Shown one piece after another: positions 45,209-59,376 of a stretch of 64,000 nucleotides of DNA. A program made the translations under genes and the position numbers. This stretch comes from Octopus vulgaris (lineage: Eukaryota), in contig OX597819.1 in NCBI GenBank assembly GCA_951406725.2, positions 122,574,001-122,638,000 of the forward strand, given 5' to 3'. The notes under the pieces are model-generated. The model made no database searches, had not been told where the DNA came from, and saw only the letters and a program-made list of their open reading frames with translations. Every line of letters begins with the position of its first letter. Positions within the stretch are counted from its first letter, which is position 1.

Positions 45209-45997
45209 ATTGACTGTTAACCAATGCATCAAATTATTACTAAAAAAAAAAACAATCAAAAAGAAACATTAAAAAATCGTGAAATTTAGACTGAACACCA
45301 TATATGATATATATTGAAGTTTATATGAAATACGTACACTTTTTTAAAAAATATGATATAGAAGATAGCATAATGTAGCAAGTCAAATTTATGCTATATC
45401 TTGGATATATATGAAATGCGTATGTTATTTAACAATTCTCTCAGAACCAATTTTTTTTAAGATACGCTAAGAGATAAAAACACAGCCTGACATTTGACAT
45501 TATTAATTTTGTAACTTTAAGATTCTACTGCACTCAACTTTTCGTAATCGCACACAGATGGCCATGACTAAATACTGTCTTTGACAAATGTACTTCAGCT
45601 CATTTGAATGAGAAGCGCTTTCTTTTCATAGCACAGAGTAGTGTTTTATCATTATTAAATCCACTCGGGTTTTAAACGATTCTGAGACAATACATTCTCT
45701 TCTCTTCTGCTGGTATGGATAATTTCTGTTGAGAAGCATTGTATTGCTAAAGCTCTGATTCGTCTAGTGTTATTCCGTAGGAAGTTTCTAGGAGTGAGGT
45801 TTACGCTTGAGTATTATAATTGAATTAGATGTTAGGTTTAATTCTTAAGGAGGTAATCCCACTTGGTTAATTTGGTTAAAATTTTCTGTCGAATAATTTA
45901 CGGCTTGTCCATCATTCATCTGTTGCAATGAAATGATTTCTGTACTCTTATGTTCAGTGGCAGTAAATTCACAACTCCATTATCTGGTTTCAAAGAA

Positions 45998-46890
45998 GAC
46001 GAGCTGGACAAATCGTTAGCGCTTCGAGCAAAATGCTTAGCGACATATCGCCCATCTTTAGGTTCTGAGTTCAAATTCCACTGAGATCAACCTTGACTTT
46101 CATCCTTAGGGGGGTCTATAAAAAAAACCCAGTCAAACACTGGGGTGAATGTAATCGACTTACCTACTCACTCGAACTTACAGTGCTAGTCCCAGAATTC
46201 GAAACCATTATTTTAGGTGCAAAGCTGGCAGGATTGTTAGAGCGTCGGAAAAATTGCTTTGCAGTATGTATGTTCCAAGTTCGAATTCCACCGAGGTCAA
46301 CTTTGTCTTGTATCCTTTCAAAGTCAATTAAATAAGTAGAAGTGAAATACTGGGGTTAATATAATCAATTTGTCTCCTCCCAACAATAATTCTGTTCTTG
46401 TGCCAAAATTGGAATGAATTATTTATCTGAAAATCTTCATTGTTTTCAGAATTATCATTATTTTGTAAAAATGATTTCATATTGTTGTTCGCTAGGGTTA
46501 GTAAATTCCCAATGGAAGGCGGCGAACTGGCAGAAACGTTAGCACGCCGGGCGAAATGCTTAGCGATATTTCGTCTGTCGTTACGTTCTGAGTTCAAATT
46601 CCGCCTAAGTCGACTTTGCCTTTCATCCTTTCATCCCCAGTTACGCATTGGGGTCGATATAATCGACTTAATTCATGTGTCTGTCCTTGTTTGTCCCCTC
46701 CGTGTTTAGCCCCTTGTGGGTAGTAAAGAAATAGGTATTTCGTCTGCCGTTACGTTCTGAGTTCAAATTCCGCCTAAGTCGACTTTGCCTTTCATCCTTT
46801 CGGAGTCGATAAATTAAGTATCAGTTATGCACTGGTGTCTGTCCTTGTTTGTCCTCTCTATGTTTAGCCCCTTGTGGGCAATAAAGAAGT
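45998..46890 (+). mobile_element. SINE-A cluster: two old copies and a young two-unit copy (46518-46890)
   Basis: Young copy is flanked by the direct repeat agtaaattcccaat. Confidence 0.8.
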
Positions 46891-49234
46891 AAGTAAATTC
46901 CCAATTAAAGATATTTTCATTTGACTAACCACTTGCGTCGCCATGAAACATGCTGGGGGTGAGTCTCTAAATTTTCACATTATTTGATGTAATTTGCTAT
47001 CATGTTTGTACCTCTTCAACGAATACTTCTGCTCAGAAGAAGGAACTTTCATCCGATGACTTTTATGTTCCGCATTAACATTTTCAATCGAATATCACTT
47101 ATAGGTTCTGCATTCACAGAAAACATTGTCTATCATTACCAGTTTAGCATGTTTTATTTTTAGAGAATCTTCTGATGGAATATCCAGAGATAATAATGAT
47201 CCTAAAATCACAAGGCCATCAATTTTGAGAGGAGGAACAACTCGGTAGCATTAACCTCAGTACTAGACTATTACCTAGATGTTTTGCAAACAACTTGGAC
47301 ATGCAAGTGCTACCAGTCGAAAGCTCCCGCATACCGGAAACCAGCAAGTGTATGGGGTCATCAGGAGAGAATGCGCGCCGTTTCGAGGCCTACCGCTCGA
47401 CGGCATCATTGCACACCCTCACTTATATGAGGCCCCGCTTGCTAGATCAATTGGTTATTAAATAAAGTTCAATATTCTTCTAGCCTTCGTTCATCGTCTC
47501 TTTTTAAACAGATCCAGTGGCTAGCCTTCTCCACTGTAGTTTGGATATCACTCGTGGTGGTATTTACTTTACGATGAGTTCCGCCTAACGATAAAAACAT
47601 TCGACTCACACTGTATCCGACGAATCCTCTACGACCCTGAAAGGAAGGAAGGCAAAAATGACCTCGGTGGAATTTCATCTCAGAATATGAGTCGGAAGAA
47701 ATAATGAAAAGTATTTTGTTCGACGCACTAACAATTCTGTCAGCTCGCTGTCTTGCCTTTCAGCCAAATAGTATAGTTCTGAATGCGTTGCCAGTGTATA
47801 ACGTACTAGGGGAATGGAACCTCCTTTCTTTGTACTATTACGCTATCATTTCAAAATCAGCGTAATGTCAGATCTTACATAGGATAACATATTTTTTTCC
47901 ACGTAAGGTTGACAATTTTTAAAATATGTTGTATCGCTATGTTTCATCTGAGCCTCCAGGGTCAACAAAAGTCAGAACCTTTGTTCTGTATCGTTATTCT
48001 CATTACTTATTGCCGCTAAACACACGATGTTGAATTCCAACTTTGAATTCCCACACCAATTTCCGTTGTATTCCCCACGTAGATTTCATTGCTATCTCCA
48101 TTAAAAATTGATGCTTTTTCATATAATCCTTAGCCACATCGGCACAGACTGTGAATTATGATTTTTTTCTAAAATGTCGAACATTGAATTGTTGCGAGTT
48201 TCTTCATTTGATTTACGTTCTGCTATAAAACACTGAATAAAGTGTGGATGAAATTTATGGAATAACGACAGAGGATCACTTAATCTATTTAAAGAATATA
48301 TAATGGCAAACAATTCTTTCAGTTTGGGAAGTATTCTGATTTCTTCCGCTTCTAACGTACATTATACATATTCTTCATCATTATTTAGCAAATTTCTGCT
48401 TTCAGCAGCTGCTTTCTAAGTGAGATGAATAACACCGCCATCGGTGAAATCTCTTTAAAACTTGTAACTCGTTTTACACACATTAATCTTAATCTGAAGT
48501 AAAATGTTTCAGTTTCTTATCGATGTATTTCATACATTTGGCCTTTGCGAAAGGAAACCGACTGTTGGTGTTTAAAATGTACCAAGAAATGAATCACAGT
48601 ATGTGATGTCATTTTGCACACCAACAACGGCCATATTACATTTTTGGTGAACTGACAAAAACAGCCATTAATGCGATATGTAATTACAACACGAATTGAA
48701 ATAATGTGATCCTGTATTTTCCTCAGTGCCCACTTATACTCTCTATATGTAAGTACATGAATTTCAAGAAGGTCTAGGAAAAGTAAATTTCAGCATTGAT
48801 GCGCTGAGCGGTTTGTTCTATGGTGCATTTCAGACCACAGCTTCTTTCGGGATATCATTGACATACTTTGTTAATGCACCTTCTGTAAAGAAGATAATCT
48901 ACGCCATTAGCTGTTGCGTCATTTCTGAAATCTTCAGGAAATCCCTTAAAGCATTTATTGTTTTACACAGAAAATGTATTTTACTTCGTTTCATTTCATG
49001 GTTCATGCATTTGAGACATTATTTTCGGCAGTTTTATTGGCTGTTCTACTGGATTTGGAAACTCTGCGCATAATTTTATGGATTCCAGTGGAATAATTAA
49101 AAAATCGCTTCCTTTGCAATTTCTGTGAATATGAATTCGATTCACGACTTGAGTTTGATATGTACATGTTAGCGTCGAATAGTTGAGCAGTTCCGAAGGA
49201 GGATCTTGTCACTATGCTCCCATTGTTTTTGTTT

Positions 49235-49531
49235 GTCCCTTCTCAAGCTACGCCTAGCTCATAAGGGCGGTTTCCCGGTTTCCTTGGCGTATAGGTTCCC
49301 CACCTGGACGGGACGCCGGTCCGTCGCAGGTGAGCTGCAAGATGCAGGAGGAAAGAGTGAGAGAAAGTTGTGGCGAAAGAGTCAGCAGAAGTCTGCCATT
49401 ACCTTCTACCGGAGCCGCGTGGAGCTTAGGCGTTTCGCTCATAAACACACACATCACCCGGTCTGAGATTCGAACCCGCGATCCCTCGACCGCGAGTCCG
49501 CTGCTCTAACCACTAGGCAATGTGCCTCCAC
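49235..49531 (-). mobile_element. SINE-C (tRNA-Arg-like head)
   Basis: Reverse complement of gtggaggcacattgcctagtggttagagcagcggactcgcggtcgagggatcgcgggttcgaatc (A and B boxes). Confidence 0.88.
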
Positions 49532-49879
49532 CTATGCTTTCATATAGTAAATTAAATATTTGTTTGAATATTCAGGATACGAAATGAGGTTAAAGTGAGA
49601 CAGTAAAACTTTTTAAAAAAAGTAAAAAAGAAAAAAATGACCACGGCGGCTTTTGGTCCATTGTAATATAAGGACCATAACAACACATAAATCAGATTGT
49701 TAGCCTAGTTCGAAATTTGGATAAATTAACGTATATGCCATTAGGTAAAAATTTAAATGTATAATTTATATTGTTCATCTAGATGTTTGGGACAAAGAAG
49801 GAAGTCCCTGGTAAATAGCAGTATTTCATCTGTATACATGACCACCATTGATAAGCCTAGGTCGTCTACTGTTGGCAAA

Positions 49880-50180
49880 GTGGAGGCACATGGCCTAGTG
49901 ATTAGAACAACGGACTCGCGGTCGAGGGATCGCGGGTTCGAATCTCAGACCGTGCGATGTGTGTGTTGATGAGGGAAACACCTAAGCTCCACACGGCTCC
50001 GGCAGAAGTTAATGGCAAACTTCTGCTGACTCTTTCGCCATAACTTTCTTTCACTCTTTCCTCATGCATTTTGCAGCTCACCTGCGACGGACCGGCGTCC
50101 CATCCAGGTGGGGAACCTATAGGCCAAGGAAACCGGGAAACCGGCCCTTATGAGCCAGGCATGACTCGAGAAGGAACAAA
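49880..50180 (+). mobile_element. SINE-C
   Basis: Same family; imperfect flanking repeat ctg(t/a)tggcaaagt. Confidence 0.88.
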
Positions 50181-51573
50181 ACTGATGGCAAAGTAGAGCG
50201 ACTTTTACCAACACAACGATCTTGTATATACAATGTTTTCTGTGAGGGCTTAATTATTTCCCTTTCGTATGTGCTCCAGCTCTCTTTCCACATGTAATGG
50301 TATATTCCTTGCCTTAATTTAAACACTATTATCTTTAGATTGAACTTAATATCACGGATACACCTTTACATTAGCTTGGCAATTAAGTCTAGTCTCACCT
50401 GTCACTGCTGTAAAATCGACGCCACACATTGGAACCCATTGTCTTTTCGTAGGTGCCTATTGTTTAAAATACACATGCATTCTAAAACAAAACATTTATC
50501 TTTTGGCTTAGGAGCTGCCTAAGACCCCATTAATGTAAGCGAAAATGCATAGCTGGAAGGTTTAATGTTCGTTAAATTTAAATAATGAAAGTCACCTTGC
50601 TTGCTCATACCATCTTTCATGGTTTATTGCAAACGTCACCGTTGAAACTTGTATACTATCAACTGTAGGAGAAGTATTTTCTGGGTTTCTCAGCAGCAAA
50701 TGCTTTGTTCCATAAAACTGATATATTACTTTAATTTCTCTACACGAATGAAGCTCAGAATTAGAAGAAAATACTAAATTATTCAGGTCGTAGATCCAAT
50801 CCTGTCGTTCCTGATTGGTGCTCACAACATTACGATACCTTCCAATGTCTTTCGTCCTTCATTTTTCTTATTCGATTTCTCGGTATCCGTCCATGTGTTC
50901 GTTGTTGAGTGCCATCTAATCTTGTCGAAGTTCTTTGTCTTTCGTTATCTGTTCTTCTTCTACTTTGTTATCACTTTCAGTCTTTAAAATTTGAAGCAAC
51001 TCTTTGAATTCATCGTGGTTTTTCTTTTTCAGGTTTTCTTTTTACTCTTGACTTTTATTAGTGATTCTTTATTAGTAATTCTTTCAACGAGACGATTGGG
51101 CGCAGCTGTTTGGGCGTGGATGATTTGACTCGGCTGACTAGGTAGTCAGGCTATTTCGGCAACAGCATTTTTGATGTTGAAGGCAAACACACACACACAC
51201 ACACACACCACCACCACCACACACGTACACACACACGCACACACAATCATTCAGGCATACAGAAACAAACAAACACGCATGCGCAGAAATATACACATAC
51301 AGATAGAAACAGTGAGAAAGAGAGAGACCATCCTCTTTGCTCACATACATAAACAGAAATATGTTCAGGGAGAGAGAGAGAGAAACAGAGAAACAGACAG
51401 ACGGACAGAGAGGAGATGGAGTGAGAGAACAATATAGATATTAAAATGTCTGATGAGAAATAATCCAGCATGGAATCAGCGACGCCAAACAGGTGGCACC
51501 AAAACGGCTGGACTAAAACACCGCATACCAGTAATTCTTACGGCCATTTTCGCATTTTCGCACCACCTATATA

Positions 51574-52070
51574 TTTCTTTATTGCCCATAGGGGGCTAAA
51601 TATAGAGGGGACAAGCAAGGACAGACAAAGTGATTAAGTCGATTACATCGACCCCAGTGCATAACTGGTACTTATTTAATCGACCCCGGACTTATTCTTT
51701 GTAAGCCTAGTACTTATTCTAGCCGGCTATTTTGCTGAAACTCTAAGTTACGGGGACGTAAGCACACCAACATCGGTTGTCAAGCGATGGTGGTGGTGGT
51801 GGTGGGGGGGAAACACACACACACACACACATATATATACATATATATATATATATACATACATATATACATACATACATGCATATATGTGTGTGTATGT
51901 GTGTATACGATGGGCTTATTTCAGTTTCTGTCTACCAAATCCACTTGCAAGGCTTTGGTCGGTCCGAGGCTATAGTAGGAGAAACTTGCCTAAGGTACCA
52001 CACACTGGAACTGAACCCAGAACCGCGTGGTTGGGAAGCAAGCGTCTTGTCACTCAGTCACACCTGCACC
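51574..52070 (-). mobile_element. SINE-B body joined to a SINE-A-type tail
   Basis: SINE-B head and body at 52070-51690 continue via ccggggtcgat into the SINE-A 3' segment. Confidence 0.75.
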
Positions 52071-52529
52071 TACTGTGTGAAAAAAATAGTCGTGAAGCGG
52101 ATACTTTCGATTGGATTTGAAACCTGATGTTTTGGAATGGTTTGATGCGGGACCAAAACTCACTCGCTTTACAAAAACATTGAAACAGGCAACATCGGCT
52201 GTGCGGAGGGCGTCCCTACATGAGAATAAAGATAAAATTAATTCCGGCGCTCAACAAACTATGTCTTGTCATTGTTTATTCACACATCTGAAGTTATGTT
52301 TAAAATGAACTGCCTCTGTGTACGTAGATCGGTTAAAAAAAAGACATTTGAAGATATTTGAGCGAGGTGATGCACAGTAGAACTGAAACCGAAACAACAT
52401 GATAGCAAAGCGAGCGTCTTAACCACACAGCCATGTCTGCTCCTATTGAAGACAGAACAGAACGTTCCAGATCGCAAAAGCATGTGAGTAACGTCGAGAA
52501 GGACGCTGTTAACATGGAAATTCTTTTAT

Positions 52530-52760
52530 GTGGGATAATTGCAACATGACAACTGATACCGAAAGTATTATTAAATTTGTGTCACTGTTGAGATTAATTA
52601 ATAATTCAATGGTATGCTTTTGAGAGCCAATGCATTCTGTAAATTGTTCGACATGTTCAGATAGAAAAGCCTGGAAGTGCTGTAGGCTTTATCGAGGTGT
52701 TATTGGAGATTCTTTCTTCTCTGGTTCTCGCATTTCTCTGCCTCGCGTTCAGAGCTCTAC
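52530..52760 (+). pseudogene. Possible Merlin/IS1595-like transposase N-terminal remnant
   Basis: CSTCSDRKAWKCC..GDSFFSGSRISL resembles the W.C..SFF..S.L motif; weak. Confidence 0.3.
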
Positions 52761-53086
52761 AATTACTCATTCATAGTCAGCCTATGAACTTTTCAGCCAA
52801 ACTTCGAAGAACCTGGTAAGGGAGACAATCGGTTTATTTGCAATGTATTAGTCAACAGGAACAGCTGGTTATCTATAGTCTTCGATTGGGACCTTGAAGC
52901 AAATATAAAGTCCATTGTTGCAGAAACTCCAGTTACATCACTGGTAACAGTAGTGTGTCAAAGATTAACATATAACAGAATTAAGAAGACAAAGAATGAA
53001 TTTAGTACGCGCATAGGGAACTAATAAAAAGTTATTATTATCATTATTATTATTATTGTTGTTGTTGTTGTTATTATTATTATCAT

Positions 53087-53151
<65 letters not shown>

Positions 53152-53685
53152 AGTGAGAGAGCAGTGCATATCATCAAAGTGACACTGGGGTAAAATATAC
53201 GAAGCCCAGTATACCCATCATGACTACCCGTCTGATAAGGGTACACTAGGCACATGCATCACAACTATATGTGTGCGACATGGTGATCTCATATCAAGAT
53301 TAACAGCACATGACCTTGTAGGTGGGGCCCAGTTAGAATGTTCTTCTGGTCGAGTAACCCATCCCGCTCAAAAGGTCCCTGAATAAGGGCTGTTTAAGGA
53401 TGTTGAACGAACCACCCATTTTTCCAAAGGTGAATTATCCAAACCTCTAAGAATTCCTTTCAACACACGACTTTGATGCTCCCCCACTACTTCTGCTCGT
53501 GATCAGAGATGCACATATCGTCAGCCACTAAGGGACATGCTCAACTGGTTATGGTCAAACAACTGACAAGCAAATCAGTGGTATTGAGCAGAATATTTGC
53601 TGTAGCCCATCTTTTATACCAAGACAAAACAATCAGTTAAGATCAGAAGCCATGAAAGCCACTGCCTGGTATTGCATCAGGACAT
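53152..53685 (-). mobile_element. Non-coding triplet-microsatellite-associated repeat, longest copy
   Basis: Homologous to 30350-30825; flanked by (TAG)n and (TTC)n. Confidence 0.85.
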
Positions 53686-53850
53686 TTCTTCTTCTTCTTC
53701 TTCTTCTTCTTCTTCTTCTTCTTCTTCTTCTTCTTCTTCTTCTTCTTCTCCTCCTTCTCCTCCTTCTCCTCCTCCTCCTTCTTCTTCTTCTTGCTGTTGC
53801 TGTTGTTGTTGTTGTTGTTGTTATTATTATTATTATTATCATCCTCATCA

Positions 53851-54510
53851 TTCAGTAGTCTTATTTTTATTACGTGCTTTCACCGAGCGCAGCTCTGTGT
53901 GCCTTGGGTGTGTACTGTGGTTTGCTGTGATGCTCTTATGGTTACTGTATTGAAAGTGTTTTGCATAGGATGTGTGCAGTGCCCAGTAGTACTATTTTCT
54001 GTATGTTAAACATACTTGTCAGTCCTGGTGTTTTTGTTATGTATTTGTCTGAATATTTTCTTATCATGCCTAATGCACCTACTATGGTAGGAATTGTTTC
54101 TGTTTTTAGATTCCACATTCGATTTTCCTCTATTTCCAGGTCTTTGTATTTTGAAAGTTTCTCAATTACTTTTAGAGACACTTTGTCATCTGCTAGTATT
54201 GATACGTCAATTAGAAAGCATTTTTTTTCTTGGTGATCTCTAACAACCATATCCGGCCTATTGGCCTTAATTTTCCTATCTCTATGTACTGGCATATCTC
54301 AAAGTATGGTTACATTCTTATTTTCTGTGACCTTTTCTGGTGTGTGCCTATACCATCATTTTTCTGTTGTTATTCCATAATGTTGGCATAGCTTCCAGTG
54401 TATGTAGTTCCCAACTCTGTTGTGTCTGTGAATATATTCCTTCTTAGCCAGGACTGGGCAGCCAGAGACCACACGGTTTAATGTTTCTTCTCCATCACCA
54501 CATATTCTGC
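53851..54510 (-). mobile_element. 5'-truncated R4/Dong-like LINE, family A
   Basis: [32 protein letters not shown]; homologous to 983-1650; flanked by (TTA)n. Confidence 0.88.
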
Positions 54511-54518
54511 TATTATTA

Positions 54519-54591
<73 letters not shown>

Positions 54592-55069
54592 CATTATTAT
54601 TAATATTATTATTATTATTATTACTATTATTATTATTATTATTATTATTATTATCATTATTATTATTATTATTGTTGTTGTTGTTGTTGTTGTTGCTGTT
54701 GTTGTTGTTGTCATTACAAACGCTTTTCTCTTGGCCAATCCCTGATGGACTTCTTCAAGTTTCACTTGAAAAGGAAAATAAGGTTAGAGAGGGAAGTGTT
54801 GTCTTCTAGCCAGTTTGCTGAAAGGGTAAATTGGCGCCATTATATATTCTAAATTTCGCGCAGGCGCATTGTTTGATTTAGATTTTGTCAGCTACACATT
54901 ATAAGAAGGTCAGTTGAGCACCGTCTGTGAGAAAAGCATCATCAGAACGCAATTCACTCTGCCAGAAATTTGGAAACAACTTGCTGTACAGCTCGGTATT
55001 CAGGCTGGAAGGGCCAATACGAACATTCAAGAGCGTTTGCGTGTCAATGTGAGGATATGTACCGAGAGT

Positions 55070-56085
55070 AATAAAAACCAAACATTCAGTCAACATCATA
55101 ATGCTTGGAGTGATCACTAGTGATGGTGATGTTATACCACCATTCGTGGAGGCGCAATGGCCCAGTGGTTAGGGCAGCGGACTCGCGGTCGGAAGATCGC
55201 GGTTTCGATTCCCAGACCGGGCATTGTGAGTGTTTATTGAGCGAAAACATCTAAAAGCTCCACGAGGCTCCGGCAGGGGATGGTGGTGATCCCTGCTGTA
55301 CTCTTTCACCACAACTTTCTCTCGCTCTTTCTTCCTGTTTCTCTTGTACCTGTATTTCAAAGGGCCAGCCTTGTCACACTCTGTGTCACGCTGAATCTCC
55401 TCGAGAACTACGTTAAGGGTACACGTGTCTGTGGAGTGCTCAGCTACTTGCACGTTAATATCACGAGCAAGCTGTTCCGTTGATCGTATCAGCTGGGACC
55501 CTCATCGTCGTAACCGACGGAGTGCTCCTATATACTACCATTCATCTTCCCACTCTACCTCAGACTCAATACGGAGGCCTAGATCCAGTACCTGGAGGAT
55601 GTAGTGCTGCCCTGGGTAAAGAGGCTGACTGCTGGTGTTGGAAGAGCCTATGTCTGGCAACAGGACTCTGCACCATGCTACACAAGCACGAGAACCGAAT
55701 CATGGCTGTCAGATAATTTCTGCAACCACATCATCCCAAACATCTGTCCACCTAACTCCATAGACTGCAACCCCCTTGATTATTATGTGTGGGGCGCAAT
55801 TGAGTGAGAAACCAATAAAACTCCTTGTAACACCAAAGAAGAACTGAAGGCAAGGATTATGGCAGCATCCACCAACTTAATCAGAGAGACCGTCCAGAAG
55901 AGTTGCAGGAGATTCCGAAGTCGTCTGGAGGCGGAGGTTGAAACCAATAGCGATTTTATTAGATAAATTTACTCTTTAGCATTTCAAGATTTTTTGTGCA
56001 ATGTTGGTAAATATATCAGTTAAAATGAGATGTCAGTGTTACTTTCATTTTTGCGTAAATTAGACGACAATATATTCACCACAAC
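55070..56085 (+). mobile_element. maT/DD37D-like transposase remnant interrupted by a SINE
   Basis: MLGVITSDGDVIPPF | YVWQQDSAPC, PPNSIDCNPLDYYVWG, CNTKEELKARI. Confidence 0.8.
55146..55528 (+). mobile_element. SINE-C-related element with a different 3' part
   Basis: tRNA-Arg-like head; flanking repeat atac(c/t)accattc. Confidence 0.85.
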
Positions 56086-56086
56086 C

Positions 56087-56162
<76 letters not shown>

Positions 56163-56968
56163 TTACACACACACATATATATATATATATTATTTAAGGA
56201 AATTCCAACTTTGATTTTCACGCTTTATTTACAATCTTATAATAATATAATTTAATGAAATGATGGACTATCAAATATCCATTCTGATTGAACTAGTACT
56301 TTCATGCATTAAACTATGCAATCTTCAGGTTCATGTAGTAATGGTGACAGTTATGTTTTACAATTTACAACTGTAACAAGATGGCTAAAATGTGTGCCTT
56401 AAATACATTTGTATAGGCTCCAGAATGTTAATTTTTGCAAACTGTTTTCTGACCAATCAGTGTGTGGCTTTACTAAATTACTTACGTTGATTGATGTTTG
56501 GTTTAGGCGTCACGTTTTTATTTTGAACAGACCTGTATTTTCACCCTGGCCAAAGCAGTAATTGTTGGGCTACTTTTAGAAATGTTGTAAACATTTCCCA
56601 TTGATTTTTACATTTCAATCATCATCGTCACCATGATCATCTCCTTTGCTATAGTTCTCCTTGCTGTTGTAGTTGTTGTCGGTGGTGGTGGTGGTGGTAG
56701 TAGTAGCTGTGGTTATAGAACTTTAAACCCCAAAAGAAGATTATTTTACTGACTTTTCTCTTGATTTAGCTAGTATTTTCCTGCTATCGTCATCATGAGC
56801 GCCTTTAGTATTGTTGTTGTTGTTAGTGGTAGAGGTCGTAGCATTAGAAATAGTACCTCTTAGTATCAGTATTATTGTTTATTTAGCTTGGGTTGGAATT
56901 TATTAATAAAGTTCCACATATGCGTGTGAGTGTGTGTGTATCTCTCTCTCTCTCTCTCTCTCTCTCTT

Positions 56969-57012
<44 letters not shown>

Positions 57013-57055
57013 TGTGTGTGTGTGTGCGTATATGCATACATATATACACACATAT

Positions 57056-57346
57056 TGTTTGTTCCTTCTCGAGCCTGGCCGGTTTCCCGGTTTCCTTGGC
57101 GTATAGGTTCCCTACCTGGACGGGACACCGGTCCGTCGCAGGTGAGCTGCAAGATGCAGGTGGAAAGAGTGATAGAAAGTTGTGGCGAAAAAGTCAGCAG
57201 AAGTTTGACATTATCAGCTGCCGGAGCCGCGCGGAGCTTATGTGTTTCGTTCGTAAATACACACATCCGTCGGTCTGAGATTCGAACCCGCGATCCCTCG
57301 ACCGCGAGTCCGCTGCTCTAACCACTAGGCAATGTGCCGCCTCCAC
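57056..57346 (-). mobile_element. SINE-C
   Basis: Homologous to 49235-49531. Confidence 0.88.
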
Positions 57347-57869
57347 ATATACACAAATACATACCTATATTTATTTTTCCATCAATATATGTACATATAT
57401 ATACATACAAGACTAGTTATGAAAAATTTGCTTTCTAGGGCTTAAATAGGCAAAAATAGATGCAAAGCTGTATTATTGGGAGGTGTTGCAATATTGAATT
57501 ACGGTTGTAGCTAAAAGTTTTTAATAAAAGGACATTATTTATGTGGAGTGAAAAGGTGGAATTAAATATAGACAGAAACCGGAAAGAGATGATTATATGA
57601 TTAAACAATTTCAAGAAAGGAAGGAAGATAGCTTGGAATAGAAGGAAATGAAACAAAATCTAAATAGAAAAGAATATATGATGGTAAGCAAGGAATTGGA
57701 ATGTATGAGTGTTGTTTCTGTTGAAATAGTTTCGGCTAAAAGACTGAAAGCTGAGAAATAATTGTATATATTTAATGTGAGCTTATGGGTTTGTTTGCAT
57801 ATGCGTAAGGTAGATATATTTACGTGTGCGTGCTTCGGTTTGGCTGATTATATGAATGCATGTATTAAG

Positions 57870-58347
57870 ACGGCGAGCTGGCAGAAACGTTAACACGCTG
57901 GGCGAAATGCGTAGCCGTATTTCATCTGCCATTACGTTCTGGGTTCAAATTCCACCGAGGTCGACTTTGCCTTTCATACTTTCAGGGTCGATTAAATAAG
58001 TACCTATTTCTTTATTACCCAGAAGGGGCTAAACACAGAGGGGACAAACAAGGACAGACATAGGTATTAAGTCGATTACATCGACCCCAGTGCGTAACTG
58101 GTACTTAATTTATCGACCCCGAAAGGATGAAAGGCAAAGTCGACCTCGGCGGAATTTGAACTCACAACGTAACGCAGACGAAATACCGCTAAGCATTTCG
58201 CCCGGCGTGCTAACGTTTCTGCCAGCTCGCCGCCTTAAGATTAAATAAGTACCAGATACACACTGGGGTCGATGTAATCGACTTAATCCGTTTGTCTGCC
58301 CTTGTTTGTTCTCTCTGTGTTTAGCCCCTTGTGGGTAGTAAAGAAAT
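57870..58347. mobile_element. SINE-A (+) with an antisense SINE-A nested inside (58005-58236)
   Basis: TSD gattaaataagtacc at 57990-58004 and 58239-58253. Confidence 0.88.
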
Positions 58348-58781
58348 ATATATGAATGCATGTATTTAGATGAAATAATAAAAAAAATAAGACTGTGGAA
58401 GTAAAAAATTTTCGGTTTCACATTTCTCTATTGTATAGGTACCAATATAATATTATCAGTAGTAGGCATGATGAATTTAAATATTAATGAGCAAATGTTA
58501 TTTGTCTGTTTGTATGTATGTGTACTTTTGTGTATGAGTAAGAATATTAAATGATCAATGAGGGTGCACTTTTAGCGGTCGTAACCTTAGTGTAAAACGG
58601 AAGAGAAAATAGGTTATTTTTTGAAATTTTATTTTATGAAATAAGGCATATAAAGCTCTCAATAGATAACCTAAACAAAACTCTATATATGTATATGTGT
58701 GTCTGTATTTGTATGTATATATATATATATACATACATACAAATACAGACACACATATACATATATAGTTTTTGTTTAGGT

Positions 58782-58842
<61 letters not shown>

Positions 58843-59215
58843 TATGATATATAAGAATGGTATAAGGCAAAAATTTATTAATACGCTTAAATCCCTATTT
58901 CATGAACTGTCTTTAAAATAAGCCCCTAAAACATACGATCACGAACAGAACGTCAAGCTAAGCAACTTCGTGTGTACCCGCCAGGCTGCGTTCATCATTT
59001 ATTTCTATTTAAAGCCTGTGAGTATACAACAGTATATACTGCAGAGATAAAGTAAAGTATATCCATATACAAAACAGTTTCCCAGTACATGTTTATATGG
59101 GTACATATACAGGTCGTGTGTGTATATTTACAGATTTTTATGTTCAAGCATTTCCTTTTTGGTTTCGTATGATAACGTGTACTTATTTATGCCTTATATA
59201 TATATATTTATGCGC

Positions 59216-59248
<33 letters not shown>

Positions 59249-59277
59249 TATACATATATACATATATACATATATAC

Positions 59278-59308
<31 letters not shown>

Positions 59309-59321
59309 TATGTGTGTATGT

Positions 59322-59376
<55 letters not shown>

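Noticed and set aside
49880-49950. tRNA-Arg-like sequences as tRNA genes
   Set aside because: They continue into SINE bodies with flanking direct repeats and lack a proper acceptor stem
48100-51100. Non-repetitive stretches and short ORFs as host exons
   Set aside because: No recognisable domain or exon chain; probably decayed transposon sequence, though small exons cannot be excluded without RNA-seq
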